A stretch of DNA of 64,000 nt from a virus (lineage: Duplodnaviria > Caudoviricetes), in IMG/VR virus record IMGVR_UViG_3300043786_001086, one strand, 5' to 3'. The notes beneath the pieces were generated by a model, which was given only the letters and a program-made list of their open reading frames with translations, had not been told where the DNA came from and made no database searches. Shown here in pieces: positions 55,266 to 64,000 of the stretch (its first letter is position 1; every line of letters begins with the position of its first letter). A program made the translations under genes and the position numbers.

Positions 55266-56480
55266 CTAAGAGACCCTCATTACATAATACTCGGTTCCAT
55301 TTATATCAAAAGTTTCATAGTCTCCATCGTATGAGTTTAATAAAGATCCATAACCATCTGAACTAATTACCGTGTTTACAATACTATCAGTATCAATAAA
55401 ATCCATTATGAAGGTCTTATCATAACCGTAGTGATTAATAAAACCTTTTATGTCGTCTTCCCATTCTCTAACTCTATCATTTACTTCATTTTCAATAGTA
55501 CTTTCATCATAACCACCTTGTGGATCTTCTTTAATTTCTTCTATTGTTTCCTCTAAACCATCAATTTTTTCTCTAAGTTGTTCATATTCTTCATTACTTA
55601 TACCTTCTCTTTCAATTTTTTGATTCAATGAATCTAAAGTTATTTGGAGTTGATTAATTTGTCTCGTTTGTTGTTGTGATAACTCTAAAGGAATGTCCCA
55701 ATCCCCAGGGTCTTGTCTTATATAGTCATCATAGAAGTCATATAACCAACTTGTCCAACTTTGTTTGTCTAATGCATCATCAAAGACCCAATCTGAAAAA
55801 GAATCCATTCCCATATCATCTAACAAACTTTCAACCGCATGTTTTGCCGCTGAATCAATTTCATCTTCTGCATAAACATCATAGGTATTTGGATTAAATC
55901 CATTATCACCACCTAACCATTCATAATTTTTTCCATAACCATAGGTTGCTCTTCCACTTGGGTATATGTAATATTTGTCTTCAGGAATCTCATTTCCCTC
56001 TTCATCTTCAACCGTGTCAACATCACCATTTTGTTCTAAGTATTCATATAGAGCTTCAGTTCTTTCAGATTCGTCGTCACCATTTTCAACATCCCATTCA
56101 CTTTCTTGTCTTTTCTCGTCTAACTCAGCAAGTTTTTGATCCAATTTTGCTTGTTCCTTTATTTTCCACATAGAAGATCCGTAGTCAGATACATAACCAT
56201 CTACGGTAATTCCGTCTATATTTGGGACATTAGTGTGAGAAATATCTAATTTACCCATTACTCTTACAACACCGGTAAGCGGTCCAACATTTTTATACTT
56301 ACTAACATCTAACGGACCAGTAATAACAATACCTTTACCTCTATACGGTTTAAGTCTTGATATTCTTTCTGCAATACCTCCAACATCGTCTAATAACTCC
56401 AAATAATCATCAGGTGAAATCGAAACAAGGTTCTCATCTTGTTCTAAAATGTAATTTTTAAAAAACTTTTTTAATGACAT
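55266..56480 (-). CDS. Acidic hypothetical protein with short LRR-like segment
   Basis: GPLDVS...V.GKLDISHT. Confidence 0.7.
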   Translation of the reverse strand: MSLKKFFKNYILEQDENLVSISPDDYLELLDDVGGIAERISRLKPYRGKGIVITGPLDVSKYKNVGPLTGVVRVMGKLDISHTNVPNIDGITVDGYVSDYGSSMWKIKEQAKLDQKLAELDEKRQESEWDVENGDDESERTEALYEYLEQNGDVDTVEDEEGNEIPEDKYYIYPSGRATYGYGKNYEWLGGDNGFNPNTYDVYAEDEIDSAAKHAVESLLDDMGMDSFSDWVFDDALDKQSWTSWLYDFYDDYIRQDPGDWDIPLELSQQQTRQINQLQITLDSLNQKIEREGISNEEYEQLREKIDGLEETIEEIKEDPQGGYDESTIENEVNDRVREWEDDIKGFINHYGYDKTFIMDFIDTDSIVNTVISSDGYGSLLNSYDGDYETFDINGTEYYVMRVS

Positions 56481-56585
56481 ATGTTATAAATATCAAAAGA
56501 AAATATAATTGATTTTTTTTATTTAGTAATTAAAGTTTAGTTAGTTGATATTTATAGACAAATAAACCACTTAAAAATAATTACC

Positions 56586-56729
56586 ATGAGTTGCGGATGT
56601 AAGCAAAAACAACAAGCTCAACAAGCACAAACACAAACTCAACAACAATCGTCTCAGGCTCAAGCTCAGACCCAAACGAATGTTCAAGAGAGCGTTAAAA
56701 AAGTTATCTCAAAATATTACAGAAGATAA
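56586..56729 (+). CDS. Small Gln-rich peptide (47 aa, absent from ORF track)
   Basis: MSCGCKQKQQAQQAQTQTQQQ...KKVISKYYRR; TATTTAT at 56549. Confidence 0.7.
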   Translation: MSCGCKQKQQAQQAQTQTQQQSSQAQAQTQTNVQESVKKVISKYYRR

Positions 56730-56799
56730 TATTTGTTGTGTTAAAAAATTACAGGTGTTCGTATTGGACACCTTTTTTTTTGTTTGATATTTATAACAT

Positions 56800-57924
56800 A
56801 TGAGTTTAGAAAGAGCAAGAAATTTAATTCAGTCATTTAACGATGGTGAATACGAGTATGATATTGAACCGTATTTCAGTACCTTGATGAATTTTTTGAA
56901 GTTTATCAAAAAATATGGTTTATTAGATGAACTCGATTTAAATGAAATGCCAATTGGAGATTTTGATGATAAACTTTTTGAGTTCTTTGAAGAAAATGGT
57001 GTTGTGTCAAACATGACATACGATGGAACCCCACAACAATTCAAAAATCACTTTTTACTTTATGGTTTAGAAAACAACTATGAAGACACGATGGTTTTTA
57101 TTACAAATAATCTTATTACGGATGTAGTTATTAGACCAGACGGTTTTTATCTTCATTTAAGAGATAGAGAAGAATTGGAGATTTTATTTTGTGGTTCAAG
57201 TCGTGGTGGTGGTGCAAGATATGTTGCAAAACTTATTTTAAGTGAAGATGGTTTAGGACATGAATGGTATTATGACAATACCGTAGAACCGCACCAAGTT
57301 GTTGATATACTGGATGATGCAAACATCACAACACTCAAAGATATTATTTTTAAAGAGATTGGAGATAAAGAATTGTCGTTAGAGGATTATGACTCTGATT
57401 TTTTTTCTGAACTTTCTGAAGAACAAGGAACTGAAGATTATTTTAGAATAAGAGCTGAAGATTTGAATGGTTTAGTAAGTGATGAAAGTGCGTTTAACGA
57501 GTTATGTAAAAATGATTTGGATGATTTAGGAAGTAGCCTGAGAAGTTTATATTGGCACTCTGAAAATAGTGCATATGAAGATGAGGTATATGAACTTGTC
57601 TATGGTGGTTTAAATGAATACTTTGAAGGAAGAATAAGTGAAGTTCCAAGAGAGGTCACAATGAGTGATGGGACAAAAAAAACAAGATATGACCAATATA
57701 TTAAAGTAAGAGATTTTAAAAACATTATTGATACTTTTTTAGAATCTAACAAGGGTAATTATTGGGGTGATTCTCATTTAGAATACCATGGTGGTTTAGT
57801 TACTTTAATGGTTGCTATGATGAATGACGATCAAATTGATTGTATTGATTTTAGAGTTCCTGACTATCCTGATTGGGATAGAACAAGAAGAAACATCAAC
57901 GAAAACTTCCCTGAATACCTCTAA
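56800..57924 (+). CDS. Acidic hypothetical protein
   Basis: 374 aa; TATTTAT at 56788. Confidence 0.75.
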   Translation: MSLERARNLIQSFNDGEYEYDIEPYFSTLMNFLKFIKKYGLLDELDLNEMPIGDFDDKLFEFFEENGVVSNMTYDGTPQQFKNHFLLYGLENNYEDTMVFITNNLITDVVIRPDGFYLHLRDREELEILFCGSSRGGGARYVAKLILSEDGLGHEWYYDNTVEPHQVVDILDDANITTLKDIIFKEIGDKELSLEDYDSDFFSELSEEQGTEDYFRIRAEDLNGLVSDESAFNELCKNDLDDLGSSLRSLYWHSENSAYEDEVYELVYGGLNEYFEGRISEVPREVTMSDGTKKTRYDQYIKVRDFKNIIDTFLESNKGNYWGDSHLEYHGGLVTLMVAMMNDDQIDCIDFRVPDYPDWDRTRRNINENFPEYL

Positions 57925-57973
57925 CTATTTATAGTTTAATTTATTTCTCATATACATTTTAAAAACCAAAAAT

Positions 57974-58669
57974 ATGAGAAAATTAGAAAAAAACACAAGA
58001 CGGTATTTTGTAAATCTATTTGCCGACTACATCCTATCTAAATTCGACAAATCAGAAAACACAATTATTCAAGTAACAGACTTTGAGAACTTTGTTGTTG
58101 TAAATGGTCAAACAACAAGTTCAAATGTTTTAGAAATGCTTAAACTAAAATCTGAGTTTATTGAGTCGAATAAAGAGTTATTTAACTCTTTGGATAAAGA
58201 GGATCTGAATGTAATTGATATTATCAAATACAATCAAGAAATAACAGATCTAAAACGAGGATGGATCAACGTGAACAAATCTTTATATGTTGATCAATAC
58301 GATCCAATTTCAGAGATAAACATTTCATCAGAATTTCCATATGGACATAGTTTAGGGTGTGGTAGAGGAATGTTCTACTACTCACACTATATCTTTAACC
58401 ACATGTATTCTTTATTGGGTGTAGACAAGTTATATTTTCGTTATTCAAGTGATCTTGATGAGAATGAAGACTACAAAATTAAAATAGTGTCTGATTCAAG
58501 ATATTCAAAAGATCAGATTACTAATCTTGTATTGGATGTGTTTGATATGGATTTAACCGAATTTAACCAAAAGTTATCAAACCACAATTTTACAGAAGAC
58601 ATTACAAATCAGTCCTTAGACAAACCATATTTGGTTCAAGATAGATTAAAAGATGTAATATTGGTATAA
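57974..58669 (+). CDS. Hypothetical protein, weak MetK (SAM synthetase)-like N-terminus
   Basis: NLFADYIL...VVVNGQTT resembles D.ISDAIL...V.V.GEIT; catalytic motifs absent. Confidence 0.4.
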   Translation: MRKLEKNTRRYFVNLFADYILSKFDKSENTIIQVTDFENFVVVNGQTTSSNVLEMLKLKSEFIESNKELFNSLDKEDLNVIDIIKYNQEITDLKRGWINVNKSLYVDQYDPISEINISSEFPYGHSLGCGRGMFYYSHYIFNHMYSLLGVDKLYFRYSSDLDENEDYKIKIVSDSRYSKDQITNLVLDVFDMDLTEFNQKLSNHNFTEDITNQSLDKPYLVQDRLKDVILV

Positions 58670-58719
58670 AAAAGAAACCCCACTTTAAAGGTGGGGGTAG
58701 TTTTAAATAATTTATTTTC

Positions 58720-59031
58720 TTATAGAAAATCCAAATCGATAATTGCCTTTAACATTTTTCTATCGCCATCACTACCTATAGAAACCGAGGCTTTTGATTT
58801 ACAAGCAACATCAGGGTTATATGGATAGGATCCGATTTGATTCTTAGACCAAGACATATATTGTTTTTTAGATTTCTCTGACATTCTTGACCAAGAAAGA
58901 CATGCAGTTGATAACAACTCAACATCCTCAAAATCCCCCATTTTTGTTTTTGTTGGTTGTTCATTTAGAACTCTTTTAACAATACGAACCAAATCTGATT
59001 CTGTAAGTCTTACTATTCTTTTCATTTTCAA
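58720..59031 (-). CDS. Hypothetical protein with RIVRLTESDL leader
   Basis: TATTTAT at 59040. Confidence 0.75.
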   Translation of the reverse strand: MKMKRIVRLTESDLVRIVKRVLNEQPTKTKMGDFEDVELLSTACLSWSRMSEKSKKQYMSWSKNQIGSYPYNPDVACKSKASVSIGSDGDRKMLKAIIDLDFL

Positions 59032-59088
59032 TTTTATTTATAAATACAATCAAAAAAAAAAAAGAATCAAAAATTATAAAAAAAAAAA

Positions 59089-59376
59089 TTATCTTTCGTA
59101 AAATTCTTTAATGATGTTTACCCCATTTTCAATATTATCAAAATCTTGATCTGGTGCGTATAATGAAGTAATTGGTTTTTCACTTTCAAAATCTTCAATT
59201 AACATAAATGCAGGAACATAATCGTTTCCTGTCGCATTTACAAACAAATCGTATTCTTCTTCGTATTCAAAAATATCTCTATCCACATAATCAATATCTG
59301 CTTCATCAAGTTTTTCTTTGAAGTCCACGCAGTGCGGACAGGTTTTCATCGTGTATATAACTACTAACTTATCCAT
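59089..59376 (-). CDS. Glutaredoxin-like protein
   Basis: CPHC...VPAF. Confidence 0.85.
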   Translation of the reverse strand: MDKLVVIYTMKTCPHCVDFKEKLDEADIDYVDRDIFEYEEEYDLFVNATGNDYVPAFMLIEDFESEKPITSLYAPDQDFDNIENGVNIIKEFYER

Positions 59377-59683
59377 TGATTAATTCTGTTACTAAATCTT
59401 TTATTTGTCCTTCAGAAAGAACACCAACTTTTGTTTCAACAACTTCTCCCCCATTAAATACTTTAATAGTAGGGACGCTTCTAATTCCAAGGCTAATGGC
59501 AATCTCTCTATTAAGATCAACATCCATTGTATACATTTGAACTTCCGAGGTATTCTCGGTAGTTAATTTTTCAAATGTAGGTTTCATCATCTTACACGGG
59601 CCACACCATTGGGCGTGGAAGTCCACTATAACCTTTTCTCCATTATTAATTTTTTGTTGTAATTCAACACTACTAATTTCCAT
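59369..59683 (-). CDS. trxA: Thioredoxin
   Basis: DFHAQWCGPCK...IRSVPT. Confidence 0.92.
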   Translation of the reverse strand: MEISSVELQQKINNGEKVIVDFHAQWCGPCKMMKPTFEKLTTENTSEVQMYTMDVDLNREIAISLGIRSVPTIKVFNGGEVVETKVGVLSEGQIKDLVTELING

Positions 59684-60017
59684 CTTTTTTTATTTTTTTT
59701 AAGTTTAATATGAAAAACTCAACGTCTTTCTTTTTTCTAATAGGATAGTATATCTTACAAGAAAAAGAAGAGATCATGGGTTCTACTTTTGATAAATATA
59801 TATAAATGTCATTGTCAAAAACAAAAATCGAATCTAAATAATGCGTTCCGTCACTATAATTTGTCCCCTCTAAAAAGTAAGGTGTGAACTTAGGTTTATT
59901 TGTCAAACTGGTAGTAGTCAACCCATGTCCATCTGTTAATTCGGTAATTGAATAGAACTCACCCGTTTTTTCTGTGATAAGATCTAAAAATCGTTCTTCG
60001 TGTTTAAATTTTTCCAT
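59673..60017 (-). CDS. Hypothetical protein
   Basis: ORF in run. Confidence 0.7.
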   Translation of the reverse strand: MEKFKHEERFLDLITEKTGEFYSITELTDGHGLTTTSLTNKPKFTPYFLEGTNYSDGTHYLDSIFVFDNDIYIYLSKVEPMISSFSCKIYYPIRKKKDVEFFILNLKKIKKDGN

Positions 60018-60055
60018 AAGTAGAAATGGGGGTCAGTGACCCCCGTTTTTTAGTT

Positions 60056-60817
60056 TTATACCAATACCAACTCTTCAGCCGCTTCCCAAAGTTTGGTGTT
60101 TAGGTTGTGTGATGCTTGAATACTTTTGATTCCACGAAGTTTGGTTGTTCGTCCTCGTGGTGTTTGGTAAGAAAATCCACCTCTCATCATTTTCTCTTGG
60201 ATCACATTAAATACGGTCCAAAGATCACTACCCTCATCCTCAGGTCGAAATGGTGTTAGAAGGTCGCTTACGTCGATTGATGCTGGGGCGTTTCCAACAG
60301 CCCATCGGATCTCAACCGCTCGTTTGATTAAACGAAGTTTTTCTTTTTCGGTTAGTTCCTTTTCCATCATCTTGGAAACCGACTCTTCAATTTTTGGAAG
60401 TTTTTTTGAAAAGTCCTCGGCCAAACCTTTAACCTCATCTAAAGAGAAGTGGTTGTGACGAAGTGAAAATCTTTCTGCAACTGAGGTGGGAACCGTAAGT
60501 CCGTTGGAACAAACTAGTCTAAATAGTCCCGCTCCCATAGAAAAAGTTGCAGATCCATCGTGAGAGTTACGAATAATTGCCTCAACAACAGTGTCTCCAA
60601 CTTTGGGGAGTTGTCCGTTTCGGTATTTCAACTCGTGAACAGAATGAATTCCACGACCTGTTTGTTTTACTGATGAAAGTTGCCAACCTTCACGATCAAA
60701 CATCTCCATTACTTCGTTGGTTGGGACAAACTCATATTTGTTTGTCATTTTTGAAGATGGTGATGTGGCGAATACTGCCGGAGCAATTGATTTGATTAAT
60801 TCTGGAGTGTATATCAT
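60056..60817 (-). CDS. DUF932 (DUF945) family protein
   Basis: NSHDGS..F...GLFRLVCSNGL; DLWT.FN..QE...GG; LN..LW. Confidence 0.88.
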   Translation of the reverse strand: MIYTPELIKSIAPAVFATSPSSKMTNKYEFVPTNEVMEMFDREGWQLSSVKQTGRGIHSVHELKYRNGQLPKVGDTVVEAIIRNSHDGSATFSMGAGLFRLVCSNGLTVPTSVAERFSLRHNHFSLDEVKGLAEDFSKKLPKIEESVSKMMEKELTEKEKLRLIKRAVEIRWAVGNAPASIDVSDLLTPFRPEDEGSDLWTVFNVIQEKMMRGGFSYQTPRGRTTKLRGIKSIQASHNLNTKLWEAAEELVLV

Positions 60818-60824
60818 AGTTTAA

Positions 60825-60938
60825 TTATTTTTCTTTGTTTTTGTGTTTTGTTTTACGAGTATAGGTTTTTTTACTTTTTTGAACACAGGGTCTAGTCGCC
60901 TGCCATATTTCCTTCATTGTAAGTTCTATTGTTTTCAT
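60825..60938 (-). CDS. Small basic peptide (37 aa), ArfA-like tail
   Basis: ...KSKKTYTRKTKHKNK; TAnnTTTG at 60962. Confidence 0.55.
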   Translation of the reverse strand: MKTIELTMKEIWQATRPCVQKSKKTYTRKTKHKNKEK

Positions 60939-61053
60939 TTTGTTTCTCGTTAATCACACTACAAAGATAATAAACTTTTTATAAATACCAAAAGTTTTAA
61001 TAAAAAAAAACCACGGTATTCTGACCGTGGTTAAATTAATTGTATTCTGACAA

Positions 61054-61350
61054 TTAGTTTAAGATTATATCACCCCATTTCGTTTTTTGAATGAATCCTT
61101 GGATTTTTTCAATAGACTCCTCAGCACTTAATAACTCAGGCATTTTTAAATCTATTATAATATCAACTATTTGTTGTTTTGAAATTATGTGGTCTCCATT
61201 GTTTTTTGAATTTTTTTCACATTGTTCTTTTAACTTAGAATAGAATTCTTCTTTTTGTAAATCACCAATTAACGTTAATAAATCGTTTGGGTTATTTTCA
61301 AAAAAAGTAATAAGTTGTCTTATATATATTTCACAATCCACATTTCCCAT
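61054..61350 (-). CDS. Hypothetical protein
   Basis: 98 aa. Confidence 0.7.
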   Translation of the reverse strand: MGNVDCEIYIRQLITFFENNPNDLLTLIGDLQKEEFYSKLKEQCEKNSKNNGDHIISKQQIVDIIIDLKMPELLSAEESIEKIQGFIQKTKWGDIILN

Positions 61351-61389
61351 AAAAACAATTATAACTTTTTATTATTTTAAAGTCAAAAA

Positions 61390-62631
61390 TTAAAGACCCA
61401 AATCACTTAAATCAACGTCATCATATCCCTCTTCCTCATCATCGTCATATCCCATCGCCTCTTTGTAATCTTGTTCTTTAAGTTCTTTAACAATATCATT
61501 AACCATTCCTTGAATAAATTTTTCTCCTTGTGGGTCACCTTTTAAAATTAATTTAGCAACTCTCATAAACTCCTCGGCGTTTAACGCTGAGAAACGCATA
61601 AACAAATAGTGCTGAATGTGTTTTTTATCGTCATCGAATAATTCCAATGGGTAGGTTGCCAAAAACTTTTCCCAAAATACCGGCCCTAAACGGGAGTCCC
61701 AAATCTCTGCGGGTAATGTGTCTTCGGCACTTAATATCATTTCTTGTTGTCTTGGGTCATCAGGTAGTCCGTGGGTTCCAAAAATTTCATAAACCCCTTT
61801 TACTAACTCATGAACAAGAAGTGGGAAAGTTACGGCTCTTGCTTTAACGGTTGGTGGATCTGTTTCTTCATCAACTTCAGATTGACCCATTTGACCTCCG
61901 CCACTTCCGGCCATTCCTTCCATGTCAGGAAAGATCCAATAAGCGTGTTCCATAAGTGCTTGTGTGACGGCATATAAGTTCATTAATTGGGGATTGATTG
62001 CATTGATCTCATCTCTAACAAGATTATACATGTGTCCTCCTTTAAAAGCGGCTCCTTGAATAAGTGAATTGATAAATCTTCTTTTAGCTCTTTCTAAGTT
62101 AAAGTTTTCCATGTCTCCCATTAACTCTTCAACTTCCTCTTCACTTGGCATTTCAGGTTCGCTTTGCATTCCTTCTGCAGCACCCATTGGTTGCGTTACA
62201 AGTTCAGCGTCAAATAACATGGCTCCATCAGGAATACCCAATTCGTTTTTAACAAGTTCTACGGCCAAGGCTTCTAATTCTTCTTTGTTCTGTGATTGAA
62301 TCATAACAAGTCTTTGCATTGCTTGTCCAACTGTCATCATGAGTTGCATAAGAGCATTTCCTCCTTGGATAATTCTTGTGTCTCCCATCGCCATTCTAAC
62401 TTTCTCAACGGAGTCCTTAAATCTTTTAGAAGATATCAACTCAACAAAGTCTCTATCCATTTTTGGCATTGCGGGAAAATTTGAATATGGGGTTTGTTTA
62501 GAAAGAATTTTTCTTTCCACATCTCCAGCCATTCTTTCGGGACCCTCATAATCAATTGGGGCCTCCATAAGTTTTACAAACTCTTTTTTGGAAATCCCCT
62601 CGGTGTATAACCTTTTTTTAATGTTTCTCAT
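61390..62631 (-). CDS. Hypothetical protein (Met/Glu-rich)
   Basis: 413 aa; HELVKG. Confidence 0.8.
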   Translation of the reverse strand: MRNIKKRLYTEGISKKEFVKLMEAPIDYEGPERMAGDVERKILSKQTPYSNFPAMPKMDRDFVELISSKRFKDSVEKVRMAMGDTRIIQGGNALMQLMMTVGQAMQRLVMIQSQNKEELEALAVELVKNELGIPDGAMLFDAELVTQPMGAAEGMQSEPEMPSEEEVEELMGDMENFNLERAKRRFINSLIQGAAFKGGHMYNLVRDEINAINPQLMNLYAVTQALMEHAYWIFPDMEGMAGSGGGQMGQSEVDEETDPPTVKARAVTFPLLVHELVKGVYEIFGTHGLPDDPRQQEMILSAEDTLPAEIWDSRLGPVFWEKFLATYPLELFDDDKKHIQHYLFMRFSALNAEEFMRVAKLILKGDPQGEKFIQGMVNDIVKELKEQDYKEAMGYDDDEEEGYDDVDLSDLGL

Positions 62632-62632
62632 A

Positions 62633-62971
62633 TTATTTTAATTTAATTCCAATTTTATTAAAAGTTAACCAAGTGGGCATTTCTTTATCTTCGGCTTTTG
62701 GATTCTTCTTAGGTCCGGGTTTTGGTCTATATGGTGTTCCAGGTTTTGTTCCAGGTTTAATTCCCGGTGTCGTAATTGTTCTTTCTTTTTCTTTTGTTCC
62801 GGGAAGCATTACAGGAACATCCATCTCTTCATCAAGTTCATCAACTTCTAAACCCATTTCATATAGGTCTGACATTTCTTCAACTTCAGGTTGTTCGGAT
62901 ATAATTCTACCTCTGTCGTAATTAAAAAGATATTTGATGTCTTTAATTTCCTCAATAATTTGTTTTTTCAT
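62633..62971 (-). CDS. Hypothetical protein with leader and KPG/Pro-rich repeats
   Basis: PGIKPGTKPGTPYRPKPGPK. Confidence 0.75.
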   Translation of the reverse strand: MKKQIIEEIKDIKYLFNYDRGRIISEQPEVEEMSDLYEMGLEVDELDEEMDVPVMLPGTKEKERTITTPGIKPGTKPGTPYRPKPGPKKNPKAEDKEMPTWLTFNKIGIKLK

Positions 62972-63002
62972 ATCAGTTTTATTTAATAAATATCAAGGTT
63001 TT

Positions 63003-63287
63003 TTATTCTGTCACCATAAAATATTGATGTCCCAAAGAATAATACATAAATTGCCCCTTTTGTTTCAATACTCGGTTAATTTCTTCGGTTTTATTGACAC
63101 TAACACCAACTATTTTTTTCCCTTTTGGGAGTTTTCTTCCAGGATGAGTGTTCAATACGTCCTCAACAGGATCTAAATAGTATTTAAGTTTTTTGATTAA
63201 TGATTTTTTATCGCCAACAGGACTGATATCATGTTGTTTACAAAGATTTTTGATTTCAGGTAATTCAAGTTTATTTAAGTCTTCCAT
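63003..63287 (-). CDS. Hypothetical protein with SAP/HeH-like N-terminus
   Basis: L..L.LPEIK.LCK...IS..GDK..LIKKL; start at MEDL, 4 nt after TAnnTTTG. Confidence 0.7.
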   Translation of the reverse strand: MEDLNKLELPEIKNLCKQHDISPVGDKKSLIKKLKYYLDPVEDVLNTHPGRKLPKGKKIVGVSVNKTEEINRVLKQKGQFMYYSLGHQYFMVTE

Positions 63288-63339
63288 ATCACAAAGATAC
63301 AAAAAATTTGAATTCTAAACAAATTTAATTTTTGGTGTG

Positions 63340-63549
63340 CTATCTTTTTGAAAACTTCTTTTGATAATAATTCCAATTCAAACCTTTGTTTCTTTCTTTG
63401 TCGGTATATCCTTGGAAATAAGCTTCGTTGGCGAGTTTTTTTTCAACTTCTCGAATTTCTTCTTTTAAATTAAAAAGAATTTCTAATGTTTCTAAGTTAT
63501 TTGTTTGTTCTTTGATTAAAGAATCTATTTTCTTCTCAATTGGTCCCAT
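63340..63549 (-). CDS. Hypothetical protein
   Basis: 69 aa. Confidence 0.65.
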   Translation of the reverse strand: MGPIEKKIDSLIKEQTNNLETLEILFNLKEEIREVEKKLANEAYFQGYTDKERNKGLNWNYYQKKFSKR

Positions 63550-63562
63550 GTTGTTAAATATA

Positions 63563-64000
63563 CTAATCTAAATTTTCTAATTCAACCTCCACATCAATAG
63601 GAATTCCATATTTTTCTAATAATTTGTAGAAAAAATCATAACATTGGTAATTTAGTGCACCAAAAAAGTCTCCCGTCTCATAAGCTTCTTGAGCTTCGAA
63701 AAGAGCGTCCCAAAGACTTCCATTAACTAAACTTTGTTCTTCGGTTTCAGGATCAAGAAAATCATAACTTACTGTTCCGTTACCGTCAATGTCTATTTGT
63801 AAATCAGCAACATCATACTTATAACCGTGGCCTGATGTGAGGTTTATGTCAATAACTTTAACTGAAGTTTCTAAATCTAATTCAGGAACAACAAGATTAA
63901 AAGTATTTCCTAAAACTTCTTCTTTCAGTTTTCCATATAGATTATTAAATCCACCATTATATCTATACCAAATAGGTCTGATTGTTGTAAAATCTTCGGT
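63563..64000 (-). CDS. Hypothetical protein (5' end outside window)
   Basis: Open frame of 146 codons ending ...VELENLD*. Confidence 0.75.
   Translation of the reverse strand, partial: TEDFTTIRPIWYRYNGGFNNLYGKLKEEVLGNTFNLVVPELDLETSVKVIDINLTSGHGYKYDVADLQIDIDGNGTVSYDFLDPETEEQSLVNGSLWDALFEAQEAYETGDFFGALNYQCYDFFYKLLEKYGIPIDVEVELENLD

Noticed and set aside
2787-63176. Numerous short antisense ORFs in the track (e.g. 3418+, 4696-, 5425+, 9295+, 36924+, 62673+)
   Set aside because: Shadow frames of well-supported genes, with atypical composition and no start signals
1-64000. Stop-codon reassignment as in some large Bacteroidota phages
   Set aside because: Standard-code ORFs tile the window densely and known enzymes are full-length, ending in TAA, TAG or TGA

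Overview
AT-rich (about 30% GC), gene-dense, mostly minus-strand segment of a large lytic phage with the standard genetic code. The host is very probably Bacteroidota: the window has TAnnTTTG sigma-A promoters, lipoboxes and a T9SS C-terminal domain. Recognisable genes are an amidase endolysin, thyA flanked by two GIY-YIG homing endonucleases, PcfJ, an RNA-repair cluster, an aminotransferase, glutamine synthetase II, a DNA methyltransferase, NUDIX, Trx/Grx, RlpA and many late genes with an MKIIITE-type leader. Two unexpected systems stand out. (1) 19.9-25.5 kb is an integron-like array of 14 attC-type sites and 13 single-gene cassettes with no integrase. Each cassette's ends match each other, the ORFs are antisense to the sites, and the last R' matches the first R'', so the phage backbone itself is formatted like a cassette. 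(2) Five paralogous genes carry CRISPR-like 36-nt repeats with 30/31-nt unique spacers inside the reading frame. The repeats resemble Bacteroidota type VI-B/II-C repeats, and there are no cas genes in the window. Family names come from motif recognition only; no database searches were run.
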